A DNA stretch of 64,000 bases from a candidate division WOR-3 bacterium (GTDB taxonomy: Bacteria; Hydrothermota; Tepidihabitantia; Tepidihabitantales; Tepidihabitantaceae). Where the stretch lies: contig CBFGKH010000005.1 of assembly GCA_965649295.1 (NCBI GenBank), forward strand, positions 96,001-160,000, written 5' to 3'. Position numbers and translations under genes: made by a program. The number at the start of each line of letters is the position of its first letter. The first letter of the stretch is position 1. Positions 56,201 through 64,000 of the stretch are shown here, piece by piece. The notes beneath the pieces were generated by a model, which did no database searches, was not told the origin of the DNA, and was given only the letters and a program-made list of their open reading frames with translations.

Positions 56201-57289
56201 ATGCTAATCAGTCGTAAACCGTTTCTGCCGGGGCAACTTCGGGCGGTCCGTTGGCGCAAAGGGGCAGTTGAGTTACTCGATCAGACCCAGCTTCCATGGC
56301 GCATCACTTGGTTGCGGCTCAAAACAGCCAAGGCAGTTGCAGCGGCAATCAAGAGACTGGCGGTCCGCGGCGCGCCGGCAATTGGCGTGGCTGCCGCTTA
56401 CGGCCTCGCCACCGAAGCGTTGCGGTTGCCGGCAGGCCGACTGCGTGCCGGATTGGAGGCGGCGGCACAGCTACTGGTTGCGACTAGACCAACTGCCGTC
56501 AACCTGGGCTGGGCTGTCGAACGGGTAATGCTCGCGGTCACCGGTGACGGCGACAGCGAGACTCTGCGGCGTCGTGTTGTCCGTGCTGCCGTAGGAGTAG
56601 AACAGGAGGAAATCCGGCGTTCAATGGCCATCGCCCATTGTGGCAGCCGGCTCATTGGCTGCAACCAGACGATTCTGACCATCTGCAACACCGGCGCTCT
56701 AGCCGGGCCCGGGTTTGGGACGGCTCTAGGTGCGATCATCAAGGCTCAACTTGATGGTCGGAATCCTCGTGTCTATGTATGCGAGACCAGGCCTTTGCTG
56801 CAAGGAGCACGTCTGACCGTGTTTGAGCTACAACGGGCTGGGATTAGCTATGAACTGGTTGTTGATAGTGCAGCGGCCACGGTGATAGATCGGTGCGACC
56901 TGGTGCTTACTGGCGCTGACCGGATAGCAATGAACGGCGATACCGCCAACAAGGTAGGAACACGGATGTTGGCGTTCATGGCGCGGGCTGCCCGAAAGCC
57001 ATTTTACGTTGCTGCTCCATTATCAACCTTCGATTTGACTTGCCGCTCTGGCAGTGAGATTACTATTGAAGAACGTTCGGCAGACGAGGTGCGACTGGTC
57101 GCAGGTCGTCGTGTTACGCTTGCAGAAGCTCCAGTGTTCAACCCGGCATTTGATATAACGCCGGGACGACTTGTAACTGGTTTTGTTACCGACGTCGGAC
57201 TGGCGAAACCACCATATCGTATTTCACTTCGCCAATTGGCTCGACAATCGGCCACATCCCCGGACGGCGTGCGGGCCCGGGCCGAGTAG
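56201..57289 (+). CDS. mtnA: S-methyl-5-thioribose-1-phosphate isomerase
   Basis: LDQT-LP, VRGAPAIG, RPTAVNL, CNTG-LA, ETRP-LQGARLT, GADRIA-NGD-ANK-GT, NPAFD-TP. Confidence 0.93.
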   Translation: MLISRKPFLPGQLRAVRWRKGAVELLDQTQLPWRITWLRLKTAKAVAAAIKRLAVRGAPAIGVAAAYGLATEALRLPAGRLRAGLEAAAQLLVATRPTAVNLGWAVERVMLAVTGDGDSETLRRRVVRAAVGVEQEEIRRSMAIAHCGSRLIGCNQTILTICNTGALAGPGFGTALGAIIKAQLDGRNPRVYVCETRPLLQGARLTVFELQRAGISYELVVDSAAATVIDRCDLVLTGADRIAMNGDTANKVGTRMLAFMARAARKPFYVAAPLSTFDLTCRSGSEITIEERSADEVRLVAGRRVTLAEAPVFNPAFDITPGRLVTGFVTDVGLAKPPYRISLRQLARQSATSPDGVRARAE

Positions 57290-57319
57290 CCCGAGCCCGC
57301 CAACAAGAGAACGAGACAG

Positions 57320-57991
57320 CTATTTCGTCGTAACGAAGACTTTCTCCATAATGACCGGCTGTTCGGGTCGATCCCCCGGTCCTGTTTTGACGGTTCCCAG
57401 TTTGTCGAGTACGTCCATTCCCTCAACTAGTTGTCCGATGACAGTGTACTGACCGTCGAGAGAAGGAAGGGGTTGCAGACAAAGGTAGAACTGACTGCCT
57501 GACGATTCGCGCTTGGGATTTACCATGTCACCGGTGCGTGCCATGGCCATCGAGCCCTTATCATGCCGGCGTTTGATCTCAGCCGGTACTGTGTAACCCG
57601 GTCCACCTGTGCCATCACCCTTCGGGTCACCGCCTTGAACCACAAATCCCGGCACAATGCGGTGGAACGTCAACCCGTTGTAGAATCCCTTGATCGCCAA
57701 GTTAGCAACGTTCGTCACGTTCTTTGGCGCGTCTTCAGTGTAGAACTTGATTTTCATTGTACCATAGTCACGCACCTTTATGGTCATAAACAGGTCTGAC
57801 GGTAGCTTCGTGGCAACAAGTGTGTCTGTCAGCATGCTTTCACCGCCTTCAGTTGTCGGTTGACTTGCTGGTGTGGCGCTGGTTGAAGAATCAACTGCCG
57901 GCTTGGCTGGTTGTGACTGGGCGACCGGTTTAGGCCCGCCGCATCCGAACAAGAGCAAAACGCCAGCGATTAGGATTTGACCTAACTTCAT
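57320..57991 (-). CDS. Cyclophilin-type peptidyl-prolyl isomerase lipoprotein
   Basis: Lipobox LFGC; FHR-VPGFVVQGGDP, MAR, GSQFY, LDG-YTV-G. Confidence 0.93.
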   Translation of the reverse strand: MKLGQILIAGVLLLFGCGGPKPVAQSQPAKPAVDSSTSATPASQPTTEGGESMLTDTLVATKLPSDLFMTIKVRDYGTMKIKFYTEDAPKNVTNVANLAIKGFYNGLTFHRIVPGFVVQGGDPKGDGTGGPGYTVPAEIKRRHDKGSMAMARTGDMVNPKRESSGSQFYLCLQPLPSLDGQYTVIGQLVEGMDVLDKLGTVKTGPGDRPEQPVIMEKVFVTTK

Positions 57992-58086
57992 TCATACCTC
58001 CTGTTAGGTATTAAGCAGAACACAAAGTTCAGGACGATAGGGGCAGTTTCTCTGATGACAATCACTGTCGAAGGTCGGTTATCGAA

Positions 58087-59241
58087 TCAGTACCCCCAGC
58101 GACGTACACGGCGCTCCCAGCGTTCGCCGTAAGATAGCTGCAGCGTCAAACGCGCAGTTGTCTCACTCAATGATGCTCTGCGCGATATTAACTCTCCAGC
58201 GACATCGAGTGAACCAAAACCACGCACCGGCACACTAGCGCCTAAGTGTAGCGAACGTTCGACCACTGGAACTGCCAGGACATCATAGTAGCCTGAACTC
58301 ATTGCGAATCCTGCTCGCAGTGCCTGACCGGAACTTAGGCGATAATCAACACCGATTGATGCCCGCGAAGAGTTACGGAAACCAAGTCCACGCGGTTGCT
58401 GCTGGTTCTGCTGCACTGTAGCGCCTGACCAAGGTCGCAGGGTCAGGCCAAGACTGGCAGTTATCCGGTCAGTTGGATTGACGCTAACCGCAACATGAAA
58501 AGTCTGAGGCAGCCTTAGTTGGTAACTGACAGTGGAGTCAGCAACGGTACCATGGACGAGGCGGTAACGAGTGGCGAACATCTGCAAGCTGGGTTCGTAC
58601 AGAGCAGCAATGACTACCAGACGATAGCGAAGAGCAGCCGACAGCTCAAACGTGCTGCCGGCGTAGTCAATTTCAATTGTGTCAACTGATGTGACCCGGG
58701 CGTTGTCAATCTCGAAGCGCCAGTCTTCACGTGCCCCGCCGATGACTCGTTTATAGGTAGCCGCAACGGCCAGGTGGTTAAAAAATGACTTGGTCAGACC
58801 AGCGCGTAGCCCATAAATGCCGCCACGGCCGATGATGTGACGGCGATAGGCAATGTCGGGGGCCGAGTCTGACCAAACATCAAAGTCCTGATTGAAGCTT
58901 TCCTGCAAAGACCCGCTCAGGCGGAGTCCCAGGGGCAAAGGTGCAGCCAGCCAGAACGAGACCGGACGAATGGCGGCGACCGCTCGCGTTCCGACCCGGC
59001 TACTGGCGATTGTCAGGTTACCTACTGCCGTGACGGCGAGTTCAGTTTGGCTGAGTTCAACGAGATTACCAAAGTTGATGTTCGACAAGGCATAAGGGTC
59101 ACCAACTGCAAGATTTGCAGCATCACCGCTGCCAGTTACTTCGCCTAGTCCAAGCGAGTTCAGGTACGACTGCGCCGTGCCGATGCCTATCAGTAGTGAC
59201 AGGCTAGCGCACAGTAAAACGGTCAACCGGTGGCAAAACAT
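58087..59241 (-). CDS. Outer-membrane beta-barrel (FadL/PorV-like)
   Basis: Signal peptide, GLG near the N-terminus, amphipathic strands, C-terminal E-W. Start approximate. Confidence 0.6.
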   Translation of the reverse strand: MFCHRLTVLLCASLSLLIGIGTAQSYLNSLGLGEVTGSGDAANLAVGDPYALSNINFGNLVELSQTELAVTAVGNLTIASSRVGTRAVAAIRPVSFWLAAPLPLGLRLSGSLQESFNQDFDVWSDSAPDIAYRRHIIGRGGIYGLRAGLTKSFFNHLAVAATYKRVIGGAREDWRFEIDNARVTSVDTIEIDYAGSTFELSAALRYRLVVIAALYEPSLQMFATRYRLVHGTVADSTVSYQLRLPQTFHVAVSVNPTDRITASLGLTLRPWSGATVQQNQQQPRGLGFRNSSRASIGVDYRLSSGQALRAGFAMSSGYYDVLAVPVVERSLHLGASVPVRGFGSLDVAGELISRRASLSETTARLTLQLSYGERWERRVRRWGY

Positions 59242-60346
59242 ACTGCACTTTGAGACTGCAACTGCTGGGTAGGCGTAATCGGAACAGTGTTGCCGAAAGA
59301 TCATCGGGGGCGATCACAACACCGTAGTTGGTCGTATCTCGACCGTCGGCGTTGCGACTAGCAGTCCAATACTGCACTAACGACGTGATGTTAAAACGAA
59401 CAATAGTATCACCTGCGCGCGGTGAATACCAAACGGTGGTTGTCGGACTGGCGAGGTTGGGGTTGATTCCGCGGGCAGTGACAGGTTCGCTGAGACGCTG
59501 TACTGAGAGAGGAATTGAATCACCACGAAGATACTGGACAGTTGGACGGAAGCTAAGCTCGGCTGACGCCACAGTCGCCGAGCTTGGAATTTCTCGGAGT
59601 AGAAAGCGAAGCCAGGTTCGAAGAACGAACCCAGACCCGACGAGAAGTTCATAGGGACTGACTGATCCGGCGACTGTATCACACAAGGTGGCATCGTCGG
59701 TGGTGACGAAATTGCGGGTATTGCCAGTACCGCGATAGCTGATACGAGTGCGCGGCCGTCTCGTTTCTTCCGCTTCGGCCGAATGGAAGACGACGAAACC
59801 CGTGTCGTTGAGGGTCGCCGGTAATAGTAGGAGTCCGTTCGCGCGGATAGCTCGTTGGATACTGGAATCGAGAGCTTGGTACTCAATATTGAGTACGACA
59901 CTGTCACGAACAACAGCACCGCGCGCCACGACTGTATCATAGTAGTCGCCACCTCGACGCAACCACTGTTCCTCGGATTTCGCCAGAGCCCACGACACCG
60001 CTGGTTCTTCCCACTCAGTAGAACAGGGGTAGCAGACAAAGCTGAAGGTGTCACTCCGGGTCGTATCAGCGAGATAGAGGACGAATTGCATTGAAACAAC
60101 GGAGTCCAGGCTCAAGGTCTCGGGAATAGCAAAACGCACAAGGCAGCGCGCGCGGAAATTAAGGTCTTGTCCCAGCAGAAGTCTCTTAGCACTGCCGAGA
60201 GAAACGTAGCGACCGTAACACAAGACAGAGTCGGGGGTGAGCGTAACCAAGCCAGTTTCCGGTATTCGACCAAGCTCGTCGTAGCCCACCGGTAGTGTGT
60301 TACAGGCGAGGAAGACGCACGCCAGCAGCCACAAAGGAGCTTTCAT
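59204..60346 (-). CDS. Lipoprotein with DNRLRE/DUF4270-like beta domains
   Basis: Lipoprotein signal ending FLAC; L-RF-(I/L)P, W-E..V-W, GGDY, FNITSLVQ-W, NYG. Confidence 0.6.
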   Translation of the reverse strand: MKAPLWLLACVFLACNTLPVGYDELGRIPETGLVTLTPDSVLCYGRYVSLGSAKRLLLGQDLNFRARCLVRFAIPETLSLDSVVSMQFVLYLADTTRSDTFSFVCYPCSTEWEEPAVSWALAKSEEQWLRRGGDYYDTVVARGAVVRDSVVLNIEYQALDSSIQRAIRANGLLLLPATLNDTGFVVFHSAEAEETRRPRTRISYRGTGNTRNFVTTDDATLCDTVAGSVSPYELLVGSGFVLRTWLRFLLREIPSSATVASAELSFRPTVQYLRGDSIPLSVQRLSEPVTARGINPNLASPTTTVWYSPRAGDTIVRFNITSLVQYWTASRNADGRDTTNYGVVIAPDDLSATLFRLRLPSSCSLKVQYVLPPVDRFTVR

Positions 60347-61344
60347 GCGTCTGGCGCTTTTCGTTCGGCGAAAGCCTGACGAATATGCTCGCTCAGATTA
60401 TCACGGGCCGCCTGATCAGCGAAAAGTAGAGCATTCATCATTGCCCTTGGCGACGACCGACCGTGGGCCACAACAACTGCTCCTTGCACGCCGAGCATCA
60501 GGGCACCTCCACGTTCCTCGTAGTTCATTCGACCGAGGAACTCAGCCAGCACCGGCTTGGACAACCAGCGGCGCAGACGGTATTCGGTCTTGGATTCGAG
60601 ATACTCGTGCAGCATGTCTTTCAGCACGTCCCCCAGGCCTTCGCCGTACTTAAGCAGGACGTTGCCAACAAAACCATCGCAGACAGCAACATCAACCGTG
60701 CCCTTCATTAGGTCCGTGCCTTCAACATTGCCAATGAAATTCAGTTCGCTGTTTCGGAGCAGTTCATGCGTAGCAAGTGCAAGTTCGTTGCCCTTTGAGC
60801 TCTCATGGCCGATGTTGATTAGACCGACGGTCGGGCTAGCTTTGCGTGAAAGATAGCTAACGGCGGTTGAACCCATTATCGCGAACTGAAGCAGTTGGTT
60901 GGGCTTACAGTCAACATTTGCGCCGACGTCAAGGACCAATGTCCCACCGCCTTTGACCGTGGGGAACACAACGCCTAGCGTGGGACGATGGACGCCGGGG
61001 ACGACACCGAGCGTAGTCACTGCAAAGGCCATAATCGCGCCCGTGTTGCCGGCACTGACAACAGCATCGACACGTCCCTGTTTTAGCAGGTTGAGGCAGA
61101 CTGCCATTGATGAATTGCGTTTGCGCTTGACGACTTCAAACGGTGCCTCGTGCATGCCAACGGTTTCCTCAGCCGCAACGAGTTCGAACCGGTCGTGGTG
61201 ACGATTACCTTGAACAGAGATGATGTCCGGTCGGCCGACAAGTACAAGCTCCAGGTCGCGCTGTTTGTCAAGCGCCATCTCGGCGCCAAGCAGCTCAGCA
61301 ACCGGCGCCTGGTCGGTGCCCATGACATCGAGAGCGACTCTCAC
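60343..61344 (-). CDS. plsX: Phosphate acyltransferase PlsX
   Basis: ALDVMG-D-AP, SAGNTGA, D-GANVD, NIG-E..KG, DGF-GN..LK, HG-S. Confidence 0.95.
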   Translation of the reverse strand: MRVALDVMGTDQAPVAELLGAEMALDKQRDLELVLVGRPDIISVQGNRHHDRFELVAAEETVGMHEAPFEVVKRKRNSSMAVCLNLLKQGRVDAVVSAGNTGAIMAFAVTTLGVVPGVHRPTLGVVFPTVKGGGTLVLDVGANVDCKPNQLLQFAIMGSTAVSYLSRKASPTVGLINIGHESSKGNELALATHELLRNSELNFIGNVEGTDLMKGTVDVAVCDGFVGNVLLKYGEGLGDVLKDMLHEYLESKTEYRLRRWLSKPVLAEFLGRMNYEERGGALMLGVQGAVVVAHGRSSPRAMMNALLFADQAARDNLSEHIRQAFAERKAPDA

Positions 61345-61391
61345 CTTGACAGCTTAGCTAGTTGGCTGACGGTCTGCTGCCGTCTGTTGGG

Positions 61392-61583
61392 CTATCCGAT
61401 TTCCTTCTTCTCAACGAAGACAACCTCTTTGCCTGCGTAGTAGCCGCAGTGGGGGCATACGCGATGCGGCAGCTTCGGCTCGTGGCAATGTGGGCATTCC
61501 AATACCGACGGTGCTGTAAGCTTCCAGCCTGTACGTCGCTTGCGCCCGCGTGTCTTCGAGTGTCGCCGTTTTGGTAAGGGCAT
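61392..61583 (-). CDS. rpmF: 50S ribosomal protein L32 (zinc-binding form)
   Basis: [14 protein letters not shown]...[20 protein letters not shown]. Confidence 0.96.
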   Translation of the reverse strand: MPLPKRRHSKTRGRKRRTGWKLTAPSVLECPHCHEPKLPHRVCPHCGYYAGKEVVFVEKKEIG

Positions 61584-62239
61584 CGGTCCTCCTGCATTGT
61601 TATGCTATTGATTGGCTGTATTCTATCTTCGTTTCGCTGCATGTCAAACAGCCTTGGGAGCAACAGAGTTCTGTTGCCGACTGGGGCTGCAATCATATAG
61701 GCTAGCCGGGTAGTTAAAGTACTGGGTTGGTTAACCGCAGGCCACGCTACAAGTAGATTCACTGATAACCAAGAACACTTACTCCGCAGGCCCGCCAGCA
61801 ACCTTGGGCAAGGAACTGTGTGCTGCTACGTCCACGAGGTCTATGCGAGCAAGGTCCGAAATTCTTCTACAGGCCCGCTCGCATGCCCATCCGGAAGGGC
61901 CCTTCGCGGTGGTTACTTCGGCGGCTGCATATGTGGTGGTTTGATGACCATCAGAGACAGTCCCGAGGATGGGGGAGTGGAAGCTAGCGAAAACTTGGCA
62001 TCATTTCACTACTCAGTGGGTTACAGACGACTTGTGAGACTTCGTGTTGCACCCGAAGACAGGTGCATCGTCATTGCTTCGTTGACTGCGAGCCATTTGC
62101 GCGATAGAATTGTTCAGCTCGCAGCACAGAGGGGACTGCGGCGCGCATGACCGTCTCTTGGGTTTAGAGGGAGCAGAGTCAGCATGAAGGTCGTGGGGTT
62201 AACATGGCTCGACCTCTGATAATTTGATTGGAGGTCAAC

Positions 62240-64000
62240 ATGCCTAGTGCTTGGAACAAAATGATGCTAGCGCTATTCCTGGCCGTAGTAGGGCCATCGG
62301 TGGGAGAAGCTAGCAGTGCTGCTGCGTCAGTTGATGCTCTGATTCCTAATGGCGCAGTCGAACTGCCAGGCCTACGAACAGAATGTTCACGAACATTCGC
62401 TTTGCCAGATGGCAAACGGCTAGTCGAGATAGCACCCGTTCCCTTGTTCCGGCGCGCCAACGACGGCATCTGGTTACCGGTAGACACCGATTCGACTGAT
62501 TCAGTCTTTCCCTCAATTGCCGCGTGGTGGACAGGTCATGTTCGCAGCCAGAATCAGGTGGGCACCGTCAAGAACGACAACCAAATCTACTGGCGTGGCG
62601 GCAACAGTGCCTCTGCTGACAAGCGACGCGGTTGGATGAAGTTTGACCTCTCACCCGTTCCTGATGATGGAACCGTGAATGCCACCGGGATCGTGTACTA
62701 CTGTGACGCGATCGACCCAAACGGTGGTCCCAACTCTGTCATAACTCACGTAACAATTGACCCGGTGCCGGCCACGGCCACTACACTTTGGAGTGCAATA
62801 TACAACGGGACAGCATGCACGAACCCATCCGGCCACGGTGTGGGTTGGGTACTGCGGCCGCTGAACGCTGCTGGAGTTGCGGCTGTTGTCGCCGGTCTGG
62901 CCCAGAACTGGGTTTGCTATGGCATCTACGAAACAGGGACCAGCGACAGTCGCTGGGGAACAGCACTCGGCTACTATCCTCGGGCAACAGCACCACGATT
63001 GTATGTCACCTATACACCACCTCCGCCGCTTCCTGATATCGGCGTGACCGCTATCGTTGCCCCCCAGGGCAGCTACGATACCGGTTCAATGATAATACCT
63101 CAATATGTTGTGCATAACTATCACACGGCCCCATTTGGTTACACAGCCCACGTCTTTCTTAGAAATCCTAGTGGTACAAGGGTCTGGAGTGACTTCAAGG
63201 TCGTCTCGAATCAAAGTGCCGGAACTGACACGGTATTGACCTTTGGCGGTTACAACGTCGGTGGGGTGTCAGGTAATTGGACGGTGCGTTGCTCGGTGTT
63301 CGCCTCGGTTGATACTCACCGCGTGAACGACACTCTAAACGGCACCTTTCAGGTTCAGCCACGCCACATTGACGTAGCACCGACCGTACTACTGACGCCG
63401 GTCGGCTCTCTGGACACGGGTGTGACTGTTCAGCCCTCGGGGATTTGGCGCAACAACACGCCACAATTCCCGGCTAGCTTCAAAGCCTATTTCAAACTCC
63501 GGAACCCAAGTAGCCAGATTGTCTATACTGAGTCAATAGCGGTGACCGGCTTAGGTGCCGGGGCTGAGACGACTTTGGTCTTTCCATCATACTACTTCGG
63601 AACACAAGAAGGCAACTGGCTTGCCCGCTGCTCGACGTGGTCGCCGATAGACACTAACCACGCCAACGACGTTCGGCAGGAACCCTTCATTGTCACGCGT
63701 TGGCGCGTGCCTCAGGACGTTGGCGTGACAACGATATCATCGCCTGTTGGCCGCTATGACACTGGTGCCACAATTCAGCGCATCGCTGTGTGGCACAACT
63801 ATCTGAGCGGCACAGCCAACTTCTACGCATACATGATGCTGTACAAACCCAATGGCGCGCTGGTATCCACTCAACAGATGGCAGTCAACAATCTCCCCGG
63901 TTACGCTGATACAACCATCGTATTTGCACCGTACACCCTGGATACGACCGTTGGAGTCTGGACTGTTCGTTGCTCCACTTATGCTGGCGGCGATACTGTT
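62240..64000 (+). CDS. Large secreted protein with a DNRLRE-like domain and CARDB-like repeats; runs off the window
   Basis: GGAGGT RBS. Hand translation: MPSAWNKMMLALFLAVVG..., RTECSRTFALPDG, GWMKFDLSPVP, PRLYVTY, then repeats D(I/V)(G/A)...P-G-(Y/L)DTG...W..RCS. No stop seen before 64000. Confidence 0.8.
   Translation, partial: MPSAWNKMMLALFLAVVGPSVGEASSAAASVDALIPNGAVELPGLRTECSRTFALPDGKRLVEIAPVPLFRRANDGIWLPVDTDSTDSVFPSIAAWWTGHVRSQNQVGTVKNDNQIYWRGGNSASADKRRGWMKFDLSPVPDDGTVNATGIVYYCDAIDPNGGPNSVITHVTIDPVPATATTLWSAIYNGTACTNPSGHGVGWVLRPLNAAGVAAVVAGLAQNWVCYGIYETGTSDSRWGTALGYYPRATAPRLYVTYTPPPPLPDIGVTAIVAPQGSYDTGSMIIPQYVVHNYHTAPFGYTAHVFLRNPSGTRVWSDFKVVSNQSAGTDTVLTFGGYNVGGVSGNWTVRCSVFASVDTHRVNDTLNGTFQVQPRHIDVAPTVLLTPVGSLDTGVTVQPSGIWRNNTPQFPASFKAYFKLRNPSSQIVYTESIAVTGLGAGAETTLVFPSYYFGTQEGNWLARCSTWSPIDTNHANDVRQEPFIVTRWRVPQDVGVTTISSPVGRYDTGATIQRIAVWHNYLSGTANFYAYMMLYKPNGALVSTQQMAVNNLPGYADTTIVFAPYTLDTTVGVWTVRCSTYAGGDTV

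Noticed and set aside
61600..62200. yceD (DUF177) or a tRNA upstream of rpmF
   Set aside because: No matching ORF or cloverleaf found; rpmF has its own TTGACA-16-TAGAAT promoter.

Overview
This is a GC-rich bacterial chromosomal segment. Its gene style (many secreted proteins with T9SS-like C-terminal sorting domains, Kelch/SBBP/CARDB repeats, a PorV-like barrel, C25 proteases) suggests an FCB-related candidate lineage such as WOR-3; this is inference. Most of the window is housekeeping or envelope genes: thrS-infC-rpmI-rplT, proS, argF, trxB, fabD, plsX-rpmF, ispF, truD, mtnA, an EF-G paralog and ABC permeases. The standout is a ~2.3 kb cassette at 46.9-49.2 kb. It encodes four paralogous small alpha-helical proteins sharing a V(L)xxxG...Y..(F/Y).(R/Q)E(L/F)...(K/R)W..RGL...L motif. 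By my recollection this resembles the SIRV2-type (rudivirus/Adnaviria) major capsid protein fold that wraps A-form DNA. The cassette also holds an orphan ECF sigma factor and two copies of an identically spaced ECF-like promoter, with no integrase, replication or packaging genes nearby. Other observations are many apparently leaderless sigma70 promoters, three genes that seem to need non-canonical start codons, and a degenerate 5'-nucleotidase-ComEA fusion. I recognised no tRNA, rRNA, CRISPR array or IS element.
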